Shown piece by piece: positions 13,501 through 24,400 of a stretch of DNA of 64,000 nt. The notes beneath the pieces are model-generated. The model saw only the letters and a list, made by a program, of their open reading frames with translations, was not told the DNA's origin and made no database searches. How positions within the stretch are numbered: the stretch's first letter is position 1; each line of letters begins with the position of its first letter. Source of the stretch: Lytechinus pictus. Lineage: Eukaryota. The translations under genes and the position numbers were made by a program. The stretch spans positions 25,112,001 through 25,176,000 of the forward strand of contig NC_087250.1 in NCBI RefSeq assembly GCF_037042905.1. The letters run 5' to 3'.

Positions 13501-16500
13501 ACTAGCTGGCTAGAATTGTAGATCTAGGTCATGTTATAAACCTAACTTTGCAAAATCATGAAGTCTAATAAATATCGCCAACACAGTGAAATGCATGTGT
13601 TTGTTTTGAAGTTTTACCACAACTGGCATTTTTGTTCAATTTTCTTTCCGTGTAGAGAGCTTGACCTGGAATCTCTGAGCCGAAAGTGCGATGACCTGCT
13701 GTCAAAGATCACACAGTCGGACAGTGACGAGGTCTTTGCAGCCGTGGCCCAGAAGCCTGTCTTCCGTGAGGTTCGTCTGCTGGCTGAATACTGTAGGGAG
13801 AAGCTTACTATGATGAAACAGAGGCTGGATGCGGCCAAGGATAGGGTCGAAGGTCGCGTCAAGGACGAGATGAAACGCTTTGAGCTTCTTGAGGATGTAC
13901 AGAATGTAAGTTATTTGCCATGGGGTCATTTTGTACGTTGTTTCTATCTGTTTTAAGCTTTTCTTCTTCATCTCATTTCAGGTATGTAATTTCACTTTAT
14001 TTGCAGTGACCCTAAACACTGCTACACTACTGTCCTGTGACTATCGCTCTCGTTTTGTCAAGAGCTTTCTGATAATCATTAAATTAGGGGAAATATATTT
14101 CATAGCATTATATGCTGAATCTTCAAAAGATTTATGACAAATTACCATGGTAGAAAAGTTTTTATGTAGCTGGACCTAATTTTGTTTAAATTTTTAAATT
14201 TTTCTCTATAGCTTTCCAACTGGTTGCTGAATGAGGGTCCTACTGGTCTGAAGAGACTTGAGATAGCAGACTCTATAGGAAGGGCAGAGATGTTATGTAA
14301 TCACTTTGAAACGGGTGTGGCCTCACTCGCATTGGTAAGCTACAGTGATCCACTTTATTTTGTTCTCTATGTTAAGTTGGTATTCATTGTATTCTACAGT
14401 ATTAAACACATCAAGTACATTCAATCAGGGGTAGCACCGCAGGGGGCGGGGGCAGGGGTGATTGGCTTAACAGAAATCTGTTTGACTTAAGAGATGCCAA
14501 TATTACACTTGCTATCCATGCATATTCTGGTGTCCCGGTCCCCAAAACCAAATTAATTCATTTATTCCATAAAGTTGCCCTCCATTTACCCAGTGAAAGT
14601 TAGCTATGCAGCCCTATGGATCACATCATCACATCATGGGTACCCGGCATGCACTGAGCACCGTTGATGGTAGCTTGAGCTAAAGCTGAGGTAATAATAG
14701 CGATTTGTATCCTCAGGCAAAAAGCGCTTTATAAATCCAGCTATTATTATTTTCTACCATCGTGTAAGCTTTTGTGGTGATTGTGGGATCTGCGGTCGAG
14801 ATATTAAAGGGGACACAATGATACTACCCCCACCCTCCTTCGATCTGGAACTGACAAGACTTGAAATAGCCTGGGACTGTTCAGAGTTGAAGGGGGTGTT
14901 GCACAGATTTTATATAGTATAGTTATGGTTTTTGATCAGCCTCTTGCAATTGCAATGGCTTATGCTCTATTGTTCATCAGAAGAAAATCAATAACAGGAT
15001 GTCAAGAAACCCAAGCTTTGGGACAGTATGGCCAATGACCAAAGCAATGCCCCACTAAACAGATTAAAATGGTCAGCTATTGTTCCATTCTTACACTGTA
15101 TCCAAACATGCTCTTCTAATGCTCTACTACAAATGACTGATTTGAGGCCCTAAGATTTTGATACTGTTAGGACAGACAACTTTTCACTCAGGCACATTTT
15201 TATGTTGTGTAGAGCCTTATTTTCATAGGTCAGAGAACTTTGTATTTACATGTACAGGTTAGATGCAGTTTAGTATTCTCTAGGTCAGAGAACTTTCTAT
15301 AAACAAGTTGGAATGTTAGATGCAATTCAGTTCATCTGCTCAGTCTTTGTAAATTTCACTTCTTTGTTTAGACATGGATGCTTCAATGATTCTCTGTGCA
15401 GTCATGTTCTCTGTTACACACATTGATACACTGTCCTTTTATTTGAATCTAACATACTCATTAATGCACTGTTGTATTTATATGTAATGTGGATACAGGG
15501 TACATGCATACACCCACATGGTACACTATACACTCTTTGCTGATTGGTCATTAATTTTTTCTATGTTTCATATAATGTTGATAGAGTGTATGTCCACCCA
15601 GAGGATACACTATTTCCTGATTGGCCAATGATTATGTTAATTGATGAGATGATTTTGGAAAGGAGAGAGGAATAAAGTGGGCCAAGTGCTCTTGGGCAGT
15701 TCCACCCTAACCTTGAACTGGGAGACTTCTATGTTAATTTGTTAAGATTACACATGTGTAGTTGAACCCTAAAACTAGCCATCTAACTCAAGTAGCCACC
15801 CTACAGTTGCACAAATGAGGGAAAATGTGAAAAGACAATTGCAATATTTGGGCCAAACATCTGTGCAGAGTCCTACAAAATTACTGGGCATTGGTAGCAG
15901 CCATGTGCAGCTTATCCAGAAACTAGTTGTGTTCTAAAGCCCTGGTGATATGTCTCTTTAAGCCGATTGCAAATTTGTTAACACTTGGTAGAGAGCTCAT
16001 CAAGAACTATGGATTAACAAGATGCATTTTATTACCTTTGGGCTTCACTATTCACCCAAAATATGATAATTGTATTTAAAATTGAAATGAATAATTTCCA
16101 CAGTTACTGTCTTACAGCGTGTATGGTTTATAGTTCTGGAAATTTTGATCTCTTTTTATTCCTGTTGAATAAATTAGCCCGAGCTGAGAGCCTAAAGGAT
16201 GCCGTCCAAGCTTTCCTAGGAGAAATGATTCCTAAGTAAGTAGATGATATATTCTAATTACGTATCATTCTTATTTTTATTATTATTTTTTCCTGTAGGA
16301 CAAATTAGGCCAAGCAGAGAGTTTAAAGGATGACGTCCAAGCTCTCGTAGGAGAAGGAACTCAAGGCTTTGCTCTTCTGAGGAACGCAATCAGGGCTCTA
16401 GAAGGCCATGCAGAAAACTACCAGAGCATGCTAGATGATCGGCGCCACCTATTGTCCACTGTGAGAAATTTCTATGGTCTATATGACAAGGTAGGTCTGT

Positions 16501-19500
16501 TGATATTCCTGGGTTAGCTTTTTTTTTTATGAAATCACTTCAGTGATGTTTCATATGCTGCATTTGTTATTGATCCATAATTTAAAGAAAATGTCCTTAT
16601 TTCTGGTAATCAATACTCATTAGTGTTATCATAGATAGGTATTGCAGGTTTCACAGTGAGGAACTTTCTATTTTCCCTCCCTTCTGTAGCAATTTTCTCT
16701 CTCCGTTTTTGCCCCTTTGTAGCTGTTGTGTAGCCCTTTTGGAAATGGCTGAAAAAAATGTGAATTTGCTCAAGTTTGCTTTGATATCTCGTCTCTCTCA
16801 GATTGCAAGATGGTGTGTGCGAGGTCTCAAGTTTCTCCCGCACGACATCGTCGACATCCATGATGACATCCGATCGGAGCAAACCAATAGTCGTCGTCAG
16901 CAGGACATTGGAGATGCAGAGTACCGCTGGATCGAGGACGTGGAGCGGTTTCTTCGTAAGCATCATCCGCCGAGAGAGGAGGATGTGACGATGATGATGG
17001 AGTATGCAGAGACCATTGGGGAGAGAGTGAGGAAGAAGAAAGCAAAGCACTTGTCTAATAGGTGAGAACATTTCTTTTATATTACAAGGTGGACGTTTCA
17101 AGCTGTTAGTAAGTTACGCGCAACTTTATGAATGACTAGCAATATTTTCTATAGGTAAATATCGGCCCCAAACGGTTATTCTCCTAAGAAAGGATCACAA
17201 GTATTAGTAGTTGGTAAGGTCTCCTGTAACTTACGAACAGCATTATGAAACACCCACCTGCTCTTTCCAAAAATTTGCTCATTCTCTTGAAGACAGCAAG
17301 AACACACCTGTCTGAACGTTGAGTTTGGGTAGTCCTTTCACTGGACCAAACATATGCCCACAAAAGGATACTGGTGTACCGTAAAGCTTCCGTACTGGAT
17401 TCTTTTATTGTAATCATTTTAAAGAGTCTTATCAAATTTATGATTATATAATGGCTGGCTGGAATATAATGCAGTAGCATTATTCAAAGCAATGAAGCAG
17501 TATTCAAAGCCTTTTTGGAGAGAAATTTAGAACTTGTATCCTTTGATCATTCTGCTTGCTTAGTAATTATCACTAAAAGCAGGTCCAGTTGGTCTATGTT
17601 CACTAAGTCTCTAAGCATTGGATCTATTTCTCAGATATTCTAATACCATTTGGACTGGGTTCATCTCAGTTAATCTTCATAGCAAGCTGCTATCAAGATT
17701 ATTTCTACAATGTTTATCAATCCTGTTTCTGTTCACCATGTCCTCTTGCAGGTATACTGTTCTTCTAAGAGTCCTAAACACCAGTACCCTCGCTGATGAG
17801 AAGGATTTCATTCTGGTGAAGAAATGGAAGGGAGAGGTCGTTGGTTCTCAAGATGACGGCCAGCGGGAGAAGACCAAGACCAAGGGTGCCATCCGGGAGA
17901 GGAAGGATGGCGATGGGGTGGAAGAATCAGGGGTGGAAGAATCAAGGATGGAAGCGGAGGAGAAGAGCGAGATGGAGTCTGAGGTTGATGACCCGCTGCT
18001 GAAGAGGATTGGGAGGCACACACCTAGCAAGGAGCTTGAGGTGAAAGGTCAAGGGTCAAAGAGACGATCATCCAAAGGGAACGTTGAAAAGAAGGTGGAG
18101 GATCGGGAGAGCGATTTGGATGGTAGAGGGAGGAAGGGCAAAGATGGAAAAGGAAGAACTGAAGGTGGAGGTAAGGAAGAGGAAGATAAAATGAAGGAGA
18201 AGGTAAATGATGATAGAGAAAAGGATAGAGAACAGTCGCAGTGGATCCGACCCAGTCAGGATTTCTGGGCGGGACGGATTCCAGGTGTGGTCCGCCCAAA
18301 TCAGCAGCACGACGATGAACTTGATGGTAGGGCTGCACCAGGTTATGATAAAGTTGGAATGCCAGTCCAGGATGTCGATCCGCACATTGCCAGCAGACTG
18401 CCAGCTCCAGATCAAACATCGCTTGATTTAAGCTCCCCTCATCTTGGTGTTGGGAATGTTGGTGGGATCCCACACCACTTGAACAGAAACCAGAATGCCA
18501 ATCCCTCTCCTGGTTATGTTACAGGACAACCTCTGCATGGGCTTCGTGGGAATATTGCCTTACCCCCGAGTCCACAGATCGGTCCATTCCAGGGCGTGCC
18601 AAGCCATATGAACCAATCACACCCCAGTACTTTTCAAACTGGCCAATCACAGTTCTCTATTCACAGCTTGAACCAATCACCGTACAGTGTTCCACCCGGG
18701 ATAGACCAAGCTTCCAGACAGCATGGACCAGTGATGAATGCATCAGTGCAGACGTGCACGTTGTACGACCCTGTGACCGGCCTGCCTTATCAGTCATACA
18801 TCCAATCTCCACGCAGTTCAAGCTTGCAGGGAGATCGACATTCAGTGGACAATCTCTCAGATTCCCAACACAGTTATCATAGGATAGGGCATCACAGTGG
18901 ACTGGTCGATCTGCACATCTCAGGGATGCAAGCTCTTCAAACACTCGTTGGACATCCTCAGCATCAGGTCACCGGTCAAGACCGCCTACATGCCCTCAAC
19001 ATAGGGTTGTCCTCCGTTCAGGATCAGCACAGCAGAAGCAGCACGCCTCACAGTGAACACAAGAGGGAGCTCTCACCTTACGAGGATGTCCTAAATCGAA
19101 TTGGGCACATGCGTGCAAGAGCACGCCGCAGCAAGTCAGCAAAAAAATCTGCAGAGATGCGAGCAGCAAAGTCGGTACCTAACTTGAGCAACTTGCTAGC
19201 ACGTGTGAATCTTGGTGGTAGTGGATATGGCGATAACAGTCTTGACGTTGATCGGGATCAGCAGAGCGATTACTACGCCAGATTGACACACCTTGATGAC
19301 CGATCAGGACGTCGGTCATCGGAGCATGCCACCAAGAAATGGGTCAGCCGCCTGGTGGCTGATGATCTCCATTATGCAGATTCGTCTAGTTTCCGATCAG
19401 CCTCACCAGCTTTGCCTTCAAGGCGTGAACAACGCCCTCTCACACCCCAGCAAAAATATGAACTTGAATCACTGACTTCGTTTCTGAACGAGAGCGATGA

Positions 19501-21080
19501 CGACAACGATGACTCTGCTCCTTTGGCCACTTCTCCAACCAGAGACCAGTTTAGCCTTGGTGATTTGTCCACTGGCCAGTTACATAGTAGGGTCTTGCAA
19601 ACAAGACCCCCAAACATTGACTTTGATGCAGATCAACAAGAGCTGGATCAAATTAGGCAGAATCTATCAGGGTCATTTGCTACTCCAGGTAATCCCAACT
19701 TGAACTTTGATCATCTTCATACAAGTAAACTCTCTCCAAATCAGCATCATGGTAGCTTTTCATCTTATGAGCTCTCACCACTACACATTCCCTCTAGCCA
19801 TGGCTCTCAAATACACCCCCATTCAACAAGTCGATCCTCCCACGGTGCCTACCATTCAGCCAATAACAGTTCTACATCATTTGGGGGAACCAGTCAAGGG
19901 AGTCCCCCGTACTCATCACACAATCAACACCAGACTAGTCCATTTGACAGGAGGGGTGGTCATCAGTCTTCTGCAGTGGCGGAGGGAACAAAGCTTGCAC
20001 CAATGACAGAGCAACTGAGGGAGTATTTTGGGGAGGTGGGTGTGACGGAAGAAGAATTGGTTCAACAAGGTTTGGATGAGAGACTAAGGAATGCACAGGT
20101 CAATCAGGTGAAGATATTTTAAATTCTATCTTGAGCAACAGTTGTTAACCATCATGATTAGATGATTATATGAACATGATCACCTTCATCACCATCTTCA
20201 TCATCATCAAGATCACTGTCATAGACAGCATCCACATATCATAAGCTTTTCATTTTCATCAACATCGTAATCATCATCATCATCATCCAGTCCCTAAATC
20301 ATCAATGTCATCAGCATTATTCTCATTTACCATTAACAATATTATATCCCTTTGGTAAGGCATTTATCCTCATTACCAGGTCCCTCGGAGAGGACCTTAA
20401 GCCGTTGGTCCCCTGGTTGCTTGTTCACAGGCATTCGTGCTTATTTAGCAGTCAGGTAAAAAAACCTCGGTATAAGATTATACATCGGTATAAGATAAGA
20501 TTATAAGATATCATTTTCACAAATACAGAGTGATCGTTACTACAGTTGAAATTCATATGTAATCCTAGGGCGGCAACAAGATATTTTGCTAAGGGGGGGG
20601 GGGGGAGAAACAGTGAAAAAGGGACGTAACATTGGTAATACAAAGTTGCTGACCAAGGCTCTCTCTTTTCGTAACTCTTCTTTTTTTTTTCTGATATGTT
20701 TCATTACCTAATGAAACAACATGAAGAGAGTTCACCCCTTTTTTTGTGCCAGCCTTGATTTAATCTTTGATTTCTCTGATGCCTTATTTCAGGTGCAGGA
20801 GAGAGTGACCCATGATGACCTCAGCACACCAAACTTCTTAGCAGAGGCGATGAACACCCTGGTCAAACTAGACTCTGCAAACTCCCAACTACCTGTAGGG
20901 CTCCCTCTAGAGGCGAGACATAGGTTACAGCGCAACCCAAGCCTGCAGTTCTCCGACGAGGGCGTGATCATTGACGGTGCATCATGGGACGGGACGCTGG
21001 AGGCGGGTAGCGTGGCCACGACTGAACGCGGGAGCGTGGAGAGCGGAGTTGGGTCAAGAGGTCAAGCCAGTAATCTCTAA
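1489..21080 (+). CDS. Multi-exon gene: SEC14/CRAL-TRIO domain + spectrin repeat protein with long low-complexity C-terminus (SESTD1 / Trio-Kalirin-MCF2L N-terminal-like), ~1406 aa
   Basis: Exons 1489-1513, 6698-6775, 7914-8037, 8745-8844, 9835-9981, 10267-10383, 11879-12039, 13656-13905, 14212-14334, 16299-16490, 16802-17061, 17752-20107, 20793-21080. All introns are GT-AG with compatible phases, total 4221 nt. Family motifs: VAIMSGGRDQSGRPLVTFP, GFAFIVDLR, LYNHVDKSQLTADLGGYLQYSHSAWVRFR, and spectrin-like LSNWLLNEG and IARWC. Confidence 0.85.
2843..3320 (-). mobile_element. Non-LTR retrotransposon (CR1/L2 group) ORF2 C-terminal fragment
   Basis: IQHRYARYV...MLRQLQWQTLQERR...YKNSFFPATAKLWNSLP, a typical LINE RT C-terminus. 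Confidence 0.8.
5445..5941. repeat. Two diverged tandem copies of a ~220-270 bp GC-rich unit
   Basis: gtggctggatgacatca...atggcgtccgagc...ctgcaactt.cgggttgcat...gctctgtcgaatt occurs at ~5445 and ~5722. Confidence 0.75.
6180..6592. repeat. Palindromic MITE-like element followed by ~21-bp tandem repeat
   Basis: Inverted arms (ttcctttgaaaatgcaa / ttgcattttcaaaggaa); (tagtgtttctcgctaccactat)n at 6515-6592. Confidence 0.6.
6698..6775 (+). CDS. Exon 2 of SEC14-spectrin gene
   Basis: ttcag| ELLKMEPVARMPDEELLHSEVAIMSG |gtagg. Confidence 0.8.
6893..7176. mobile_element. Harbinger-type MITE
   Basis: TIRs gggccttgtcttacaaagag / tctttgtaagacggggttc; related copy in opposite orientation ~36955-37187. 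Confidence 0.6.
7914..8037 (+). CDS. Exon 3 (SEC14 domain start)
   Basis: ccag| GRDQSGRPLVTFPAQNHG...ILRYYINIT |gtcagt. Confidence 0.85.
8745..8844 (+). CDS. Exon 4 (SEC14 domain)
   Basis: tcag| PTTKVHGFAFIVDLRFSSLDFISMLKSSLNSLQ |gtaat. Confidence 0.85.
8855..9461 (-). mobile_element. Older related SINE in reverse orientation, interrupted by the + SINE
   Basis: tRNA head as reverse complement at 9390-9461, core 9300-9390, 3' tail at 8855-9000. Confidence 0.65.
9009..9290 (+). mobile_element. tRNA-derived SINE, full length
   Basis: A box tggcccagtgg, B box ggttcgaatccc, conserved core, ggcgctatataaatg..(att)n tail. Confidence 0.85.
9835..9981 (+). CDS. Exon 5 (SEC14 domain)
   Basis: gcag| AETSSVVGPFVLYLIQP...STHFQ |gtaaat. 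Confidence 0.8.
10267..10383 (+). CDS. Exon 6 (SEC14 C-terminal motif)
   Basis: tag| TTLVVDEMDLYNHVDKSQLTADLGGYLQYSHSAWVRFRK |gtaagt. Confidence 0.9.
11064..11812. mobile_element. piggyBac-like non-autonomous element
   Basis: TTAA|CCCAAAAATGGCCGGG ... CCCGGCCTAGTTAGGG|TTAA; TTAA target duplication, CCC/GGG ends. Confidence 0.7.
11879..12039 (+). CDS. Exon 7 (helical/spectrin region)
   Basis: ttag| TVEPFFVCYEEV...IKDLFR |gtttgt. Confidence 0.8.
12195..13278. mobile_element. Non-autonomous DNA transposon (Tc1/mariner-like ends)
   Basis: TIRs CAGTCAGACCGCAGGTCCC / GGGACCTGCCGTCTGACTG|TA; internal inverted repeat aatcgggtcaagatcacacttttc (~12594 and ~12860). Confidence 0.7.
13656..13905 (+). 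CDS. Exon 8 (spectrin-like)
   Basis: gtag| ELDLESLSRKCDDLL...LLEDVQN |gtaagt. Confidence 0.85.
14212..14334 (+). CDS. Exon 9 (spectrin repeat)
   Basis: atag| LSNWLLNEGPTGL...ASLAL |gtaagc. Confidence 0.85.
16299..16490 (+). CDS. Exon 10 (spectrin repeat)
   Basis: gtag| DKLGQAESLKDD...LDDRRHLLSTVRNFYGLYDK |gtaggt. Confidence 0.85.
16802..17061 (+). CDS. Exon 11
   Basis: tcag| IARWCVRGLKFLP...KAKHLSNR |gtgag. Confidence 0.85.
17088..17257. mobile_element. Harbinger-type MITE (GTGGGTGTTTCATAAAG family), degraded
   Basis: Right TIR ttatgaaacacccac|ctg; same family as 34747, 39226, 41337, 58921. Confidence 0.65.
17752..20107 (+). CDS. Exon 12, 2.36 kb; charged, then P/Q/H/S-rich disordered region
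   Basis: Lies within the 834-aa ORF 17618-20122; gcag acceptor at 17751, cag|gtgaag donor at 20107. Confidence 0.85.
20350..20510 (+). mobile_element. 5'-truncated SINE-like fragment, preceded by (CAT)n microsatellite
   Basis: gggcatttatcctcattaccaggtccctcggagaggaccttaagccgttggtcccc core with (taaga)n tail. Confidence 0.5.
20793..21080 (+). CDS. Terminal exon 13
   Basis: ttcag| VQERVTHDDL...GQASNL*; AATAAA at ~21594 downstream. Confidence 0.75.
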   Translation: MQERVTHDDLSTPNFLAEAMNTLVKLDSANSQLPVGLPLEARHRLQRNPSLQFSDEGVIIDGASWDGTLEAGSVATTERGSVESGVGSRGQASNL

Positions 21081-22401
21081 AGGTTATATATGGGTAACTG
21101 AACAAAGCCACATCTACAAACAAATTTGCTTGCATGAAATCAAAAAATTAACTGCTATCAAGAAACGCAGGTATTCTCCAGTTAAAATGAAGTGACCATT
21201 TATTTAGTTTCACAGAGCAGATATTTACCACAGTAAGTTTATTCCGTTTGATTTTGATCTAGTTTTAAGATGAATTCATGATATTCAGATTAAGGTTCTA
21301 TTTCCAGAGAACAACAAGTAAATGGTGCAAATAATTGGTGTTTTAAGCTCATCCCTCGTGAGCATGGACTTGGGTATGTTGCTGCATATCGGTGTGACTC
21401 CTTTTTTATAACCTGTTTTAGCTCTCTTATTTTATGTGGTATTTTTTTTAATCATTTAGTAATGCAGAATTCAAAGTAATAGTGCTGATTTTGAACCGAC
21501 TCATTTTTATACCATCACTCATTTTTTTATTACACAGATTTTTTACACTATGATTTTAAAATTAGTTTTTTTTAATTAGTTTTTTAAATTGGGAATAAAA
21601 CTACAGCACTTCAAAGGGGCCAACCTTAACTTTAGTTTTTGTAAGAAAACAAAAATTATATGAAACTTTTATTTACAAATAGGATAGCTTCAGATTTCCA
21701 AATGTCTTGTAGACTATTTTATAAATGTGTTTTGTTTTCATTGATTCGTTAAAAAAAAATAAATGATGCAGGAAAAAATTAACATGCAGGCTGGGGCGAT
21801 TTCGCAATGCTCGCTAGAGCCCTAGAAACTAAAAAAAAAAAAAGAGTTCTGGAAAATCCTGATTGGTTGTAATGTTAAAGCTTATCCAATGTTGCAGATT
21901 TAAGCAGTAAGTGGTGAAAAGTAGCCCTCGAAAATGAAAAAAATATTTTTTTGCCTGAATGGGTTGAAGAAGTTGATGTAGATGACTTCCATTGCTGCCA
22001 AAGCTTCAAATATGCGGTTGGAGTCATTGTACCTGATATGTTATCTTTCTCTTTCTAGATTAGAATAGCAGTCGGCTGGCCGATATCTGACTTCACTTCT
22101 TGTGTTTGTTTTCTTTGTTCGAGACTGAGAGTGTGATTAATAATCACTTAAGATGTTTCACATTTTAATTCACTTTTATCTGATTTAAAATAATAAAGCT
22201 TACAATTTTTCAGTCAAAATCTGACCAGAAACATTTATGTTTGGCCCGCCGATCGAATCTCGATTTCATTTAATTATTGAACCCCCAGGGCGGCTGGATA
22301 GACTCTAACTTTTTTATATCAATACATATACATTAACCGGATTTTATAAATCTATATGAAGAAAATACAATAAAAGAAGGAAAAGAGAAACCATTGCTTA
22401 C

Positions 22402-22660
22402 CTGTCCGATCCATTGCCCGTTTCTCTTGATGGAGATTTTCTTTCGTGGTGCTTGTTAAGTTGTGCCACTTCTTTTTAATTTCTGGCACCGATCACTTCA
22501 CCGTGGGGTTTGCTGCATTTAGTTTAAGGGCAATTTCGGCCCATACCTTTTCTTTCTCTTGGAAGGTGACCCTAGAGTTCAATTTCGGTCACAGGACATC
22601 GTCCCTGTCTCTTATTTCATCGATTAGTGTTACTTTCTCCAAACTTCTGAAGAAAAGGCC
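22402..22660 (-). pseudogene. Myb/SANT-like DNA-binding protein exon (Harbinger ORF2 / MSANTD-type)
   Basis: FRSLEKVTLIDEIRDRDDVL*PKLNSRVTFQEKEKVWAEIALKLNAANPTVK*SVPEIKKKWHNL...AMDRTG|gtaagc; two in-frame TGA stops. Confidence 0.8.
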
Positions 22661-22999
22661 CTGAAATTGTGATATGGTGGTAGCCCGACAAATCCATGCA
22701 GCGCTGCACGTCGTCGCCGCGGATGTGGGGCCCGGCCAAAGCATTGTCCAGACCAGTATCCTCAATTGGAACTAGCACACACAAACAAACATGTCTCAAC
22801 CGCCTCACTTGAGGCTGAAGATCTTGTGATCCCTTGAATTGTTGCAGTGGAGTCCGATGGATTTCACCAGGAAAATACTCTACAACAATGAATTTGCCAA
22901 CTACACTATACCCGAAACAATAGTACGAGTGCATAGATTTGCTGGAGAGTGTGAAACTGCAGGTCTCTATGCTCTATATACAATAAAACTATCCATGTA

Positions 23000-23700
23000 T
23001 GTGAAAATAACATATCACGTGGGTCTTGCTGCCTCTCCCTAAAGTGGTTCACAGCATCTTGGGATCCCGTCAAGAATGTCGGCCGCATCATTGATCATTC
23101 TCATCCAAGGGTGTGCGATGACCCTACCTACGGTAGCTAGAGCATGAAGAGCTGTTTGAATGTGTGGTGACAAGAGGTATTGGAGAACTACAGACTGAAG
23201 GTCATATGTTGGTTTGTTGACTTTTGTGAAATGCTCGTGAATATGTGACTTTACCAATATATGTGTTGAACAATCAAAGAAATGTTAAATCTATTGCCGA
23301 CCCATCTTGGTATTAAATGGATAGGGTATCCTGCTGATATCATGAATGCTGTCAGTTCACTGCTACATCCTGTTTGCCGGTTTTGAAAGAGGTCACAGCA
23401 CTTTCTAACAAAACATGAAACTATTATACTCTCTCCTTCCTTTTTGAATAACCTATTGAAATTTTGTTGTTCATTTGAATATTTCTCATGAATTACCTTG
23501 TCACATGCTTTACCTACTGTGGTAAGAGGATGCATGCCACATCTGAAGCTATTCAGTCTTGTTTCTTTAATCTCTTCAAGTTTTCTATCTGTACAATTAT
23601 TTACAGTTGCTCTATCCGTCATTGTGTATGTTACGGACATGAAAACAATATTACACAGGATCGAATGACAACAAGTACAGTAATATCCACTGATACCACT
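23000..23700 (-). pseudogene. hAT-like DDE transposase fragment
   Basis: MTDRATVN (catalytic D), LNSFRCGMHPL (CxxH), RWVGNRFNI, ALATVGRVIAHPWM; frameshifted across ORFs 23251-23640 and 23039-23257. Confidence 0.6.
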
Positions 23701-23899
23701 TTTAATTTCTAAGCCATATCAACATGTGATTAATTTCTTGTTAATAAGATGAGTCCTCTGGTCACCGTACTTCTTCGCCCTTGATACCATCTTTTGCCAG
23801 AGGTCACTGAGGTGGGCCCTGGCTCCTTTTTTTCCAGTTGAGATTGGAACACCTTGACTTTGTTAGCACTCTGCTGCTTTCTCCCAGGAATCTCTCAAT

Positions 23900-24400
23900 C
23901 TTTGTGTGGTCTGAAATATCTAACAAGGATATGCTGACTCCGTGGTGCACAGCGCTATTATCTAGCACCGAGCCAGTTGCATAAAATCTCAGTGCAATAA
24001 ACACTTGTAGACTCGGTGGAATTGCATGATTCCTTCTTGTGGGATGTTCTAGTTCCTGATCTATCAGAAAAATAACTCCTTGACGATTGAATCGGTATTT
24101 TTTTAACATGTCAGTGTCGTCATATATGTCCAATGGCTAACTGCGATCCCTGAATATTCTCTTTCTTCTCAGAGCCCTTTGTGCATGCATCAGCACAACT
24201 TACGCCATTCTGAACAATGAACTTGACATTGAAAAACTCTTTACAATGTCAACTTGACACTCCCCCATGACCAGCATCAAATATTTAACCCTATTTGATC
24301 ATCCAGTAACCAGCGTCAAATTTTAATTTGACGCTGCAAGTGAAAATTTGACGCTGTTTTGGGACTTGACGCTGACGCTGTACCTTTATGAAATAGGCCC
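23900..24400 (-). mobile_element. PIF/Harbinger transposon 5' end with HARBI1-like transposase N-terminus
   Basis: TIR ctg|GGGCCTATTTCATAAAGGTACAGCGTCAG at 24400; ALRRERIFRDR...KKYRFNRQG...PTRRNHAIPPSLQVFIALRFYATGS. Confidence 0.85.

Noticed and set aside
17618..20122. Stand-alone 834-aa ORF
   Set aside because: The first ~45 codons are intronic; splice signals at 17752 and 20107 place it as exon 12 of the SEC14-spectrin gene
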